NCBI GenBank assembly: GCA_964106645.2
Contig: OZ067038.1
Source of the DNA: Podarcis pityusensis
Lineage: Eukaryota
Length of the DNA stretch: 64,000 nucleotides
Direction: 5' to 3' (one strand)
Shown here: positions 40,831 through 53,379 of the stretch, one piece after another
Layout: the number at the start of each line of letters is the position of its first letter
How positions within the stretch are numbered: the first letter of the stretch is position 1
Notes under the pieces: generated by a model
Databases searched by the model: none
The model's input: only the letters and a program-made list of their open reading frames with translations
Told to the model about the DNA's origin: nothing
Program-made: the position numbers and the translations under genes

Positions 40831-43170
40831 GATCTGGATAATCCAAGATTAAGAGGTAGCACATAGATAAAAATGGGCATAAATATTTGTTCTAATCCAC
40901 ATACACGGCTACTTATGTGAGTGCTGCAATGCCAAAGAAGCTCTTCCTCTGTGCACAGGCAATGTGCAAGATGCAACATGTCAGCATCAGATGACCTGCT
41001 CGGTTTTCCTCTGCCAAATGAAGTAAGGTGTGTACATGATGCAGGTCCTTCGTAGTAGTGGCACCCAGGCTTTCCTTACTGCTTAGGTTCAGAAGGGTAG
41101 TGAAGACACTTTTTTCAGAGAGCTTAGGGATAAGTGATAATTGAGCATTGTTCTAGATGTTTTCTGACTATTTGGATCATGTTACTTTGGTTTTCTTTTG
41201 CAACTGCACCAATTTTTTGTTGTGCTCTCAGTATTATTTTGTTTACACTTCATTTTCCTGTTGTCTAACAGGCAACAAGGCAGGACATAAATGTATGCAC
41301 ACTTTATATCGGCGATTCCCAATCTGATCCTGATCATGATCAGGAAGTGAGTTGCTAAGACTGTTCAAGTGGGTTGTGGGTTTTATTAGTAAACTCAAAA
41401 AAATTATTGCTTTTAATCTCTAACTAGTATGATGAATACGTCTTACACCTGAAGTGCTCTTTTTATCTCAGGAGAAGATTTTCATCCGCCCCCTGCTTCA
41501 AGCTGTCCTGCCATTTACCTACATTCTAGTATTCTACCACAAAACTTTTGGGAGGTCTAGACTTTTGATTAGCTTCCCATCACCCTGAAGAACCAGGCTG
41601 AATGGCTGAAAAGAATGATCCTTTTTAACTTCAGTCATTGAAGAACTAATCTAGCAGTGGCAGCAGCAGCTACCCTCTGAGTGAATGAAGAAAGCAGGGA
41701 TGAGAACATTTGCTTGACCTCTCAGCCTTTCCACTGTGGTTCATATCTCTAGTGTTTTGCTAACAGAAGAAAACTTCTCCAGTGCACTGATGAGGCTCAG
41801 AGACTAAACATAACATCTTCTGGTGTGGCTTCACTTCAAATGAAAAAATATATTCACTCTCTCTTCCTGCCGTCTGCCTGTGGTGCCAGTGCCAAATCTG
41901 GGCAAGAAGACAAAACTTAAGTATACAAAAGAATGCATTAGACACAGCGTCCAGGAGTTTGAAAGTATAAAGTGGACCAGTGGGAGATGTATGACTGACT
42001 CAAGTAGAAACATTTAATCAAAGTTCTACGCCACTAGCCCCACTCCCCCCATCCCTCCCCACCCCCCGGTGGGGTGATTGCCCTCCCTGAACTAATACCA
42101 TGGGCTATGCTCTATCCAGTACAGATGCAAATTATTCATTCGTGAACATTTAGGGTCAAACTCATCTTAAGCCACATTCATTCCCTAGACATTCACTTCT
42201 GCTGTGTGCATTAATCTGCTCCAAGTCTATTTTCTTTTTAAGTGTTTATGTTTAAACAGTTTTATTGGGGAGCTGTTGTTTTGCAACAAAGCAACCTAAC
42301 TCTATTTCCTGATACTGACAGATCATATCCTCTGAGCATCCACCGATAGGCAGAGCGCGCAGGCACAGATGTGAAGAGAATGCAGCCACTAGCCTATAAT
42401 CTGACAGGAAGCAGCTAACACCTCCTCACATCCCAAAACCTTTATGGTACCACCCATGTGTTTTTCCTCTGCATAGTGAATCCCTACAACTTCATAACAG
42501 AAGCACTTAGGACTCTTGAACGCAGCATGAGAAGGGCAGTGCAGGGGAACAGATGTGGGCACTCACTGTTTCTACTCCCAGAATTGCAACTCTCTCTGCC
42601 CCCCCCCCATTGTCTTTTAGATGTTTGTGGGCAGAAACCACATTCCCAGACTTAGGTCTCTGCCAAATGTCTAGGTTGCCCCCATATGATTTTGTAAAAC
42701 AGCTAGGGCATTGCTTCTCTAAACTTTATGAAATAAAGTGCCCTAATAAACTTACAAGAGTGCCTATGTTCCTTCCAGTCTAAACATCTCAATGAGAGAA
42801 TATACCCACATGGATCCTCCACTCCTTCAGCCATTTCTTCCTTTATACAGCCAGTTCCTACACTGACCAATGTGGTGTGGAGAAAGTGAATAGACAGAAC
42901 TCCTTGGTTATTTTGTATTGGAAGGTGCAGCATTTAAATAAATAAATAAACACGTTCTCCCTCTCCCATAATACTTGAGTTCAGGGGCACCCAAGGAAAT
43001 AGATAGACAACATATTCAAGAAAGATCCCTCCCCATATATATTTTCCCATCAATGCACAATTAAAATAGGGAAGTTGCTGCCATATATGTGGTGGTGACC
43101 ACAGCCTTAGAATGATTCCAGCAATTCCATGGAAAATCGAATTATTAGCATTTACTGGCTGTAATAGCTA

Positions 43171-43968
43171 CCGTATTTTTCGTTCTATAGGACGCACATT
43201 TTCCCCTCCAAAAATTAAGGGGAAATGTGTGTGCGTCCTATAGAGCGAATGCAGGCTGCGCCGCTAAGCCCAAAGTCAGAACAGGAAGACGGAGCACTGC
43301 GGAGTGCTCCATCTCGCTGTTCTAGCTTGGGGATGGCTGCGCGCACAGCCTCTCCAGGGCAGCGGGGTGCCTTCACACTGCTGTCCTGCAGAAGCTAGCA
43401 AGGCTGTTCCCAAGCCAGAACAGCGAGACGGAGGGCTCCGTCTCGCTGCTCTAGCTTGGGGATGGTTGCGCGCAAAGCCTCTCCAGGGCAGCGGGGTGCC
43501 TTCACCCTGCTGTCCTGCAGAGGCTAGCAAGGCTGTTCCCAAGCCAGAACAGCGAGACGGAGGGCTCCGTCTTGCTGTTCTAGCTTGGGGACGGCTGCGC
43601 GCACAGCCTCTCCAGGGCAGCGGGGTGCCTTCACCCCGCTGTCCTGCAGAAGCTAGCAAGGCTGTTCCCAAGCCAGAACAGCGAGACGGAGGGCTCCGTC
43701 TCACTGTTCTAGCTTGGGGATGGCTGCGTGCAAACCTCTGCAGGGCAGCGGGGCGCTGCGCTCCAAAGGCTTCAGAGATCTTTGAGGCTGGCGGTGGGGG
43801 AAAGCAGCGCTTCCCCCCACCGCCAGCCCCACAAGCTCTGGTGAATGTACCTTGAACGCACCTTGTTTTAGAGGGGGAGAACAAGAAAAAAAAAATTTCC
43901 CTGTTCTCCCCCTCCTATGGTCCGGTGCGTCCTATGGTCTGGTGCGTCCAATGGAGCGAAAAATACGG
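43171..43968. mobile_element. Tc1/mariner-superfamily MITE with internal 129-bp tandem array
   Basis: TIRs CCGTATTTTTCGTTCTATAGGACGCAC / GTGCGTCCAATGGAGCGAAAAATACGG, TA on both flanks, repeated subterminal gtgcgtcc motifs. Confidence 0.88.
43269..43750. repeat. 129-bp minisatellite, ~3.7 units
   Basis: CCCAAGCCAGAAC recurs at 43409, 43538 and 43667. The ORFs show 43-aa periodicity. Confidence 0.95.
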
Positions 43969-44084
43969 TAAATGCAATCTCCATGTTCAGAAGCAGGAAG
44001 GGCAAAGGCTTTCATGCCATGATTATGGGCTTCCCATAATCGTCTTGCTGGCTATTTTGTAGAACAGGAAACAATATACTAGAT

Positions 44085-44190
44085 AAGGGTTGGGGTGCTA
44101 GATGTTGTTGAGTTCTATTCTCATGAAGGCAGGGTTGATGGGAGCCAGAGCCCAACAGTGTCTGGAGGGCCACCATTTACCCATCCCTGA
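44085..44190. mobile_element. hAT-like palindromic MITE (degenerate)
   Basis: Pattern agatgttgttg...gatgggag...ccaaca..tctggagggccac. Confidence 0.55.
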
Positions 44191-44455
44191 ACTAGATAGA
44201 ACTTTGTTCTGATCCAGTTGCCCCTTCCTATCCCCCATTCCTGTTTTGGCTACTACAGCTCATGCCTCCCTCTTCCTGCACCACAACAACAGCCTGAGTA
44301 ACTGATCGGCAGCAATGTGCTTCAGAACCCAACTCCCCTGTTTCAGTGATGATGTGACCCACATTGCAAAATCCTGAGATCTCCTTTTGTTTAGGCTATA
44401 AGCAAGGTTGTTGATGGTTTACAAAATGTTTAGGCAATGAATCACCTAACTTATA

Positions 44456-44904
44456 CAGTGGTGCCTCGCAAGACGAAAAGAATCCGTTCCGCGAGTCTCT
44501 TCGTCTTGCGGGTTTTTTCGTCTTGCGAAGCAAGCCCATTAGCGGTTTAGCGGATTAGTGCTACAGTATTAGCGGCTTAGTGGGCTTAGTGGATCAGCTG
44601 ATAAGCGGCTTAACGATAAGCTGATAAGCGGCTTAAGGATAAGCTGATAAGCGGCTTAACGATCAGCTGATAAGCGGCTTAGCATCAGCTGTTAAGCGGC
44701 TTAGCCATCAGCTGATAAGCGGTTTAGCGGCTTGGGAAAAGGGGGGGAGAAAGGAAAAAAACCCCGCAGGAACTCGCAAGACATTTTCGTCTTGCGAAGC
44801 AAGCACATAGGAAATTCGTCCTGCGAAGCACCTCCAAAACGGAAAACCCTTTCGTCTAGCGGGTTTTCCGTCTTGCGAGGCATTCGTCTTGCGGGGCACC
44901 ACTG
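44456..44904. mobile_element. Tc1/mariner MITE with internal ~23-bp tandem repeat
   Basis: TIRs CAGTGGTGCCTCGCAAGACGAA / TTCGTCTTGCGGGGCACCACTG with TA TSD. Internal GCTGATAAGCGGCTTA array at about 44540-44733. Confidence 0.9.
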
Positions 44905-45654
44905 TATATAAAAAAATATTTGTGCACATTACCAAAGCATCAGTGTAGCTGCCTTCTGAAGTAACTATAAGGTAATTTAAGAAACAGAATCGAGGAGTTA
45001 TTGCCTTTGGCGCAGAAGCTAAATTTAGTCCAGAACCCCATAAATCAAATTCAACATTTAGAGCAGTGGCTATTGTGGAAGAGGGGATTTTGGGAGGTAC
45101 GACAGCCTTATTTGGTATTTGGGTGTTATTGCCTCACACAATTAATGTAACATGAGAGGAAAAGCATAGTCTTGCTTGTATGAGGGCAAGCCACACATTG
45201 GGGAACGTTGGCAATGGGGAAGCCTGATCAAGGCATTATTGGAAGGGCCCAAATAGTGTATCATGGAGAAGTGAGTAAAGCTGAAACCTCTGTGATTGGC
45301 ACAAGAACATAAGCAAGCCACTTTCCTATTGACTACAACAACAGAAACGGGAGTCTAAGTTGATTTGCCAGTGAGGAAGGGGCTACTGCCGCATGGGAAG
45401 CGATCCACAGCTCTCCAGAAGAGTGGACGTTAACAAATTATTGCACTTCTGCTGCTTGTAACTGATTATTTTATTTTATTTTACATTCAGTAGTGTTGGG
45501 TTTTGTTAACAACCACTTTGTAATATTAGAATAGCACCTCAGACAAGTTTAAGCAACCAAATATTTCAAAGGTTTCCTAAACTGATTTCGATTTTTTTAC
45601 AAAATAAGTTTCCTAGTTTGAGCATTTTGCAAGGGAGGGAGAGAAGGAGAAGAT

Positions 45655-45860
45655 AAATCACCTGTGCTCTGCAGGTCGAGAGCCTCCTGCAGATACCATC
45701 TTAATCAGGAGTCTATTCTAGACAATGTAGGAATCGGGCCTTTAGTGTTGTTGCACCTGCCGTTTGGAATTCCCTCTTCTTGAATATCAGAAAGGCACCA
45801 TCTCTGTTGGGTCTTTGGCACCTACTGAAGACCTTCCTCTTTCAACAAACCTTTTAAGCA
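45655..45860 (+). mobile_element. L2 LINE 3' fragment
   Basis: cgggcctttagtgttgttgcacctgccgtttggaattccctc encodes RAFSVVAPAVWNSL, followed by ctgaagaccttcctcttt (LKTFLF). Confidence 0.75.
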
Positions 45861-45891
45861 AGTATCTTTCCCAGTCTGGAATTGCTTAAGG

Positions 45892-46325
45892 CAGTGGTTT
45901 TCAACCAGTGTGCCATGGCACCCTGGGGTGCCTTGAATGATGGTCAGGGGTGCCACAGGCAACACTAGCCTCTGTCCATCTTTTCTTCCCTCCCTTCTCT
46001 GATGCCTTCTTGCATCTCTGCCTCCCAAAGGTGTGCACAGCTGTTTGTTGCAGCAGCCCTGGCTACAAGCTCCGCAGGCAAATGGTGCCTCTGGGGCTGG
46101 CCAGTGGGTGATTTCCAGGCCCCTGTGGGCAGAGGGAGGAGGCACCTCTCTTTGGGGCGGGGGGGGGGCATCAGCTCAGAGACCAGGAGTGGCAGTGCTG
46201 CTGCCCAGAGTACTTCCAAGGAGAGGGGAGAAGAGAGAAGACTGAGGGAACACTGCACAAGGGCCCATCCACACTTTCTTTCATTCTGTGATTTCAAGTC
46301 AAGGGTTCAAGAGGGGGCTTTTTGA
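45892..46325 (+). mobile_element. hAT-like element fragment
   Basis: Starts with the hAT-type terminus CAGTGGTTTTCAACC, then gtgtgccatggcacc. No matching right TIR found; 3' boundary uncertain. Confidence 0.45.
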
Positions 46326-47322
46326 CCCACCAGTTTCCCTGGAAAACTTGCTGTTTACTGATGAATCAGAACAAATCTAAACTGGGTTTTTTGTGGATTG
46401 ATGTTTGTTCCAATTGAGCAGTAAACAGCAGGTTTCCCAGGACAAAAAACCCCCAACCCTATCAGACCCGTGACTTGAGATCATAGGACAAACGAAAGTG
46501 TAGATGGTCCCTTACAATCCATCCAGTCACGGAGACCTAACGAATAATGTCAGTGCCTCCCCAAGATTGCCATTTTCTATAGAAGATATATTCAATGCAC
46601 TTCTAAGCTTCTGTTTGAACAACATCACTATGGAAACAGATCTGTGATGCCCTGCACCTTCATCAGCACTTCTGTATTTAAATGCTCTTCTTGAATTTTC
46701 AACAAAGCCATTCAGTGAACCTTAACTAATCTAAGATTCTGTTCGGATTCTCTCTTCCCGCTCTCTGCCTTCAAAAGATACTTTCCCACCATCAGTCCTA
46801 GAGTTCTGACACAACCCGATTCCTTGCATGCTAGCTCACTATCTTTAGTGCTCTGTTCACTACTACACAACCAAAAGTGGAATTATTTTGATTTAAACTG
46901 CACCTTTTCAAAAGCTAACCTTTGAATTTTTATTTTCCAAAAGGCTAGAAACTATTTTGCACCAATGACCTGTGTACAACTATACTTTTCTAAGATTTAT
47001 GGCTGATAAGCAAGCTGCTTTTATTGTTCAATCACAGGTTTCCTTACTCAATATAAAATCACATTGTATTGTGCTTGGGATGTTGAAATTTCTGACAATG
47101 ATTAGCTCAGCTGATACGATGGAATGGAATGTTGACTTGCTCAGGGAGCTAAACAGTTGACAGTCCAGATTCTGTGAGGGAAAGAAAATATGTCCATTTG
47201 CTTGGCATTAAAACGTCAAAGAGCCAGGCTGATGACTGGGATGAAGTCTTGACACACTGAGCCTGTATACACATTATAATTTTCTCTTGTCCTAGTGTGC
47301 TCCCACAGCTGGCTTTTGAATC

Positions 47323-48408
47323 GGTGCACTGCCTTGTCGTGGCGAAGGGGTGTGAATAACTCAGAGAAGCTATGAGCTATGCCGTGCAGGGCCACCCAAG
47401 ATGGACAGGTCATAGTGGAGAGTTTTAACCAAACGTGATCCACCTGGAACAGGAACCGGCAAGCCACTCCAGTATACCTGCCAAGAAAACTCCATGGACA
47501 AAGACAACAGGCATATAAAAGTTATGATGCTGGAAGATGAACCCCTCAAGTTGGAAGGTGTCCAACATGCTACTGAGGAAGAGCGGAGAACAAGTATAAG
47601 TAGATTCACAGCTGATGAAGCGGCTAGGCCAAAGCCGAATAGTCGCTCAGTTGTGGATATGCCTGGACGTGAAAGGAAAGTCCAATGCTGTAAAGAAAAA
47701 TATTGCTTAGGAACCTGGAATGTAAGAACCATAAACCTTGGTAAGCTGGATGTGGTCAAAAATGAGATGGCAAGAATAAATATTGACATCCTGGGCATCA
47801 GTGAACTAAAATGGACGGGAATGGGTGAATTCAGTTTGGATGACCATCGTATCTACTACTGTGGGCAAGAATCCCGTAAAAGAAATGGAGTGGCCCTCAT
47901 AGTCAACAAAAGAGTGGCGAAAGCTGTACTGGGATGCAATCTCAAAAATGACAGAATGATCTCGATACGAATCCAAGGCAGACCTTTGAACATCACAGTA
48001 ATCCAAGTTTATGCAACAACCACTGGTGCTGAAGAAACTGAAATTGACCAGTTCTATGAAGACTTACAACACCTTCTAGAAATGACACCAAAGAAGGATG
48101 TTCTTTTCATTATAGGGGATTGGAATGCTAAAGTAGGGATTCAAGAGATAAAAGGAACAACTGGCATGTTTGGCCGTGGGAGTTCAAAACGAAGCAGGGC
48201 AAAGGCTAATAGAGTTCTGCCTAGAGAACAAGCTGGTCATCACAAACACTCTTTTCCAACAACACAAGAGACAACTCTACACATGGACATCACCAGATGG
48301 GCAGCATCGAAATCAGATTGATTATATTCTCTGCAGTCAAAGATGGAGAAGCTCTATACAGTCAGCAAAAACAAGACCTGGAGTGGACTCTGGCTCAGAT
48401 CATCAACT
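47323..48408 (+). mobile_element. BovB (RTE clade) LINE 5' portion: 5'UTR plus APE endonuclease domain, one frameshift
   Basis: BovB-type 5' end cactgccttgtcgtggcgaagggg. ORF 47494-48321 has GTWNVR, LGISELKW, IQVYA and IIGDWNAKVG. After a frameshift near 48180 it continues TWTSPDG..RNQIDYI...SDH. Confidence 0.95.
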
Positions 48409-49221
48409 AGCTTAAATCTGCAAGGAAAACACAAGCCACATTTACTTTGCAATTAACCTGAGGTATGCACATTTGAGACAGTCATTGTGCATGCATAGGT
48501 GATAGCCTCATCAATTGGGGGGGGTGTTTATAGGGGAGGGAAACCAAGCAGATAATGCACATCAGGTAAAGACATCCCTGCCCACTGTCAGGTGTATACA
48601 ACAAGGTGCAAATGTGACTTGAAATGCAGCAGGTGTGGGGAAACTACCTTGACATTTTTTAAGCCACTGATGTGTACACACCCAGGGGCAAGAGACAGAA
48701 GGAAATGTACATAGTAATAAATGGGCTGCAAAAAAGAAACCAGAGGTAAGGGTAGGTGGCTTGAGGAAACGGAGAAGAGAGTTAGGTAACTGAGGCAAGG
48801 AGGAACTAATCAGATATAGAACAATGTAAAAAATTTCCTAATGGTCAAGAGGGTCTGCATACTATGGAGGTAACAGGTAGGCAATAGGTATATATACTTA
48901 GAAGCCAAATCAGTGCTCAAGGCAAGAGACAGAGGGCTTAAGGAATCGACTGCTAGGTATACCCCACAGATAATTCTGCCATTTGTGACTTCTTTTGTCA
49001 TTGCAGCATTGCAAGTGGGCAATACAGGAGGGCTTCGTGACAAAATACTGATTTGAACTAACCAGCCAATCAGATGCAAGCTTTTAGTACAAATGGAAAT
49101 AACAGTTCCACCGATTGCTTTGGGAGCTGCTTATACTTTGGGCTCCTTTGAGAGGAAGGGAGGGGAAGAAATGCAATATTGAAAGAATGAATAGAATTCC
49201 CACCCCCTATTAAACTACTGT

Positions 49222-49702
49222 TGCAAACCACCTTGCCAACAAAGGTCCGTATAGTTAAAGCCATGGTTTTCCCAGTAGTGATGTATGGAAGTGAGAGCTG
49301 GACCATAAAGAAGGCTGATCGCCGAAGAATTGATGCTTTTGAATTATGGTGCTGGAGGAGACTCTTGAGAGTCCCATGGACTGCAAGAAGATCAAACATA
49401 TCCATTCTTAAGGAAATCAGCCCTGAGTGCTCACTGGAAGGACAGATCGTGAAGCTGAGGCTCTAAGACTTTGGCCGCCTCATGACAAGAGAAGACTCCC
49501 TGGAAAAGACCCTGATGTTGGGAAAGATGGAGGGCACAAGGAGAAGGGGACGACAGAGGACGAGATGGTTGGACAGTGTTCTCGAAGTTACTAACATGAG
49601 TCTGACCAAACTGCGGGAGGCAGTGGAAGACAGGAGTGCCTGGCATGCTCTGGTCCATGGGGTCACAAAGAGTCGGACACGACTAAACAACTAAACGACA
49701 AC
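49222..49702 (+). mobile_element. BovB (RTE) LINE 3' end, 5'-truncated independent insertion
   Basis: Encodes TKVRIVKAMVFPVVMYGSESWT...DAFELWCWRRLLRVPWT...SLEKTLMLGK...HGVTKSRTRL with a CTAAACAA-type tail. 13-bp TSD ATTAAACTACTGT at 49209-49221 and 49703-49715. Confidence 0.95.
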
Positions 49703-52700
49703 ATTAAACTACTGTATCCATTAATACCAGCTGGAATTCTGCACCATGTAACCCTAGGTGGCAGGGTTTGTATATCATGTCAATTTATTACTCTAACAGC
49801 TATTCCACAAATATGTTTTTTTTTTAAAAAAAATCTTGTATCTTTTCAGAGCTTATATACAACTGAAATTATATATTTAACTCTTTTATTCATTCTTTTC
49901 CAGTTACAGAGACTGAAGTGTACCTTGACTGAAAAATTAACCATAGTTAGAATGAATTATCTCTTGTAAGTCATAGAGTTTGCTGAAGCAGCTGTTAGCA
50001 GACATGGCCATTTTAAATAAGGACACATGAATAATTATATCAGCTTTCTGGAATGTAGCAGGAATGTACAAGGTTTGCCAGCAAGAAGGTTCAAGCAACT
50101 GATGGTTGTCTTCCTAAAGTCAAAATACACAATTTAGCTTGTACATGGGCTCTGAATTGTTGGTTGTGTAATTTTTATGTTTGACAGTATGAATGGACAT
50201 TATATAACTGCTGTGTAGAGTAAGCAAACTGAATACATTGGGTAGCCTTGTCTCATCCAGTTCTCATTGAATTACCAAATTTCCCAATTTACTTTTTTTA
50301 AAAAAAGTTTTGGTTGGTCTTTTAACCTCCCCACCCCCCACAGCAGGGCTCCTCTGTTTTTAACAGCTTCGTAACATGTGGGAATTTTAATAGGGAAAGC
50401 TTTTCTTGTCACTGTACCTTTGTCCTAAAAAAAGAGAGCATCTGTTGAATTTCTATCTGTCATGTAGCTGTTAAAGGCATGGCAGCATTACCCTGGTGGG
50501 GAGCTGGTAACTCTAGTTTCAGGTCCTCTTAATTGCAGAGGAAAGGACACTCAGATCATAATAGCAATAAGCAAAACATGCTAAAAGGCTTAGAAACCAT
50601 AGGACAAGCAAATGGAAAGATAGCAATCTTACTTTCGTTAAGACCAAGGATACAATTAGATGTACACCTTTCTATGTATGCCCAGCTGAATTTAGTGGGG
50701 CTTACTCTTAGTCAAAAAATGCTTGCAAAGCTCCCCATATCTCTTCTTCTCTTTTTAAGGAGTGGACTAAAGGTGTTTCACATCCAGAGATAATAATTTC
50801 AAAATAGTTGGTTAATTTGACTAAGAGCAACATGCTCACTGTAAAGCCTGGCTTAGCAGCTGCCATCACATTCATGCGGATGCTAGATAATTTTGCGCAA
50901 CAGGCAAGTTCACTACATCCCTGTATCATGTGTTCTTCCCCACTCCAAAGCTGCCTGTCCCCCTACTTCAGCCCATAAGTGGTTGAGCGTCTTACATTTT
51001 TCTCCAAAAGAAAAAAAAGAAAACTAGAAATCTTTCCTATACATTTAAGTGAAAGCTGAGATTTTTTCCCATTTTCATCATAAATCTGGCAACTTGAGAC
51101 TTAAAACAACAACCCCATAATCATTTCTGATCTGTGGTTTAAAAAAAAAAACAATTGGAAAAACTGGCGTATTTCCATTCCGCAAGCACATGGTCTACAG
51201 AAGCCAGTGAGAAGGTAAATATCCACTAGGCCTGCTGAAAGATGATGAGGTATTACGTCTTGGTTTTCTAAGGATTAAGAGAGCTTTCATTTGTGATATA
51301 AAGTCATGCCACTGCACAGTCTTCCAATACATACTGGCCTTCCACAGAAGTTAAAGTTACCGCAAAGCTACTGGTTTTTAGCATGGCAACTGCAATGAGT
51401 GGTATTGATTTGCTGTGACTAGCTTAAAAGAAAGCCACTTTATTAACCCTTCACCCTCCCACCAAAGCTACATCCCACACAGCCAGTCTGCCTGCCAAAA
51501 AGACCTGGATATTATATCACTGCTACACTGTACAGGCAGTGGCACACGCGCTCCTGCACATTAATCAAGTTGTCATCAGTATTTTAAGGCTGTAGGCATC
51601 CTCAAGGAGAAGAAAAGAGAGGAAGAAAGGCCTGGGTAAAATAATGAGTAATCAGGATCAGTCCCGAGAGTCTGCTTTCATTTAAAATGAGACATATGAC
51701 TCCCAACTTGGCTTATAGCATGTAGGTTTAATTCACCACTTCAAATAGAAGCAATTAATGTGCATGGCAATATGAATTCTTGTAGGGGAAGGAAAGAATG
51801 AAATGGCACATCCTTTGTTATATTATTTTCTCCATGGTAAGGTTTCAGTACAAATCTCTGTTATCCCGTATTACACAGTGGCATATACATTTGTGTGCTG
51901 TATAAATATGGACAGTACCAAAAAAAGAAGCTTCTCAGAGTCTGAGAGGCTTCCACAGCTGTGAGGGAAAGATAGAAACTTCTTCCTAAGCATTTATGTG
52001 CATGACATTACAAAGCCAAGAGCTCAGAGTTAAGCCGTTCCCGCACCTCCTCCAAAACAAATGTATCTCTACCCCACCCCCCTTACTGAGGATACTGGGC
52101 AATCACTTTGTTTGTTCATGTCTTCACACATTCCTATAGGAGATCCAACACACCATAGTTTTGAAATCACAGATAAAAACACAAGATAAGAGCTTGTAGG
52201 AGACCTTGAACCTTAACTGGTCAACAAATCCCATTTCTCGAAGGATGTTCTGATCTGCGTGACCTCAGAATGAATAATCTCCTGTGGAAATGGCAGAACA
52301 CCCAGAAACTTTGGTAAAGTACATAGCGCTGGCATGATTTGAAGGCTGTGAAAAGAGTTTGATTCCTCCCTCTCTACTAAGTATGGATATCATGGAGCTG
52401 TAATCAGGAATTAATGACTGTATCTATGACTGTCAGTAATTGGCAAGAACCGGCAAACAGCAAATGAGTTGAGGGACATTTTGAAGTTCTGCCTAGTAGT
52501 GCACAGCATGGTGGGGTGGTGCCACTCCCCTGGCCTTCAGTCAGCTGCCCTGCTGCAAATGCACCAGTGGAACCAATCTAGCACTAGTACATTTGTAGAG
52601 AACTCACTGATATTTCCTACCTCCCAGGGAGCAGCAACAATGCAACTGACCAGAAGTCAGATGAGCTGCAGAACCTCACCAAGCTGTCCACTACTGCTCT

Positions 52701-53134
52701 AAGCAGGATGTGTTTGGGAATGTACACAACTTTCCCTTTGCCTGTCCTCTCCCACATTTCTCTTGAGAAACACTGCAGCTTTCAGCTTCTAGTAGAACTC
52801 AATGGAATCAATGGGCTTACGCCTGACTAAGTCTGCATAGGATTGGACTGCAAGAGAAGCCCTACTCAGGCATTCAGTTCACGCAATTAATAATTGCATG
52901 GATTGGGAGCACAGGACCACATTCACTGGCCCAACCCTGGTTCAGCCCATGCATGGGGGTAAAGACGCAGCCTCCTGTTGGCACATAGGTTTCTTGCACA
53001 ATTTGGAACTCTTCATACCCAATCTTCACTCCATGGGGAGGCAAGACTGTCCCACAGCTCTCAGCTTTCAATGCTAGCAACTCCTTGTCCAGAGAGAAGG
53101 AAAATGAATACATTTATTCTGAAGAAAAAGTAAT

Positions 53135-53297
53135 CATGGGATCCTGATCCAGATATGAAGCCCTCTCACCATGTTTTCCAGTTAAAATTGGTCCCTCCGT
53201 ACTCATAAACAGCAACGCTGGGATCAAATTGCATACAGGAAGGGGCAATTCTCAGATGGAACCAAAGAGGGGATCTGATCTGGATCAGGGTCCCATG
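53135..53297. repeat. Inverted repeat, 20-bp arms (1 mismatch), MITE-like
   Basis: CATGGGATCCTGATCCAGAT (53135-53154) and ATCTGGATCAGGGTCCCATG (53278-53297). Confidence 0.75.
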
Positions 53298-53379
53298 TTT
53301 GCTTCTTTGACAAAATTAAAATGGCCACTTCAAGCTTTTAAAAAGTGTGAATAACATACTTTATAGTTTGGCCCTTGTT

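Noticed and set aside
41328-41345. 18-bp perfect palindrome TCCTGATCATGATCAGGA
   Set aside because: 9-bp arms are within chance expectation for a window this size.
43269-43750. CRISPR-like array of palindromic repeats
   Set aside because: The intervening sequences are near-identical rather than unique spacers, there are no cas genes, and the DNA is vertebrate.
43276-43884. Long ORFs on both strands (202 aa and 183 aa) as protein-coding genes
   Set aside because: They arise from a GC-rich 129-bp (43-codon) tandem repeat inside a MITE, with no splice or domain support.
45106-45115. Intronic CArG box CCTTATTTGG
   Set aside because: Several such 10-mers are expected by chance in 64 kb of AT-rich DNA, and there is no supporting context.
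47494-48321. 275-aa ORF as a host gene (BCNT/CFDP2-like domesticated endonuclease)
   Set aside because: It is a BovB endonuclease region with a frameshift before the final catalytic motifs, and no splice signals tie it to a gene.
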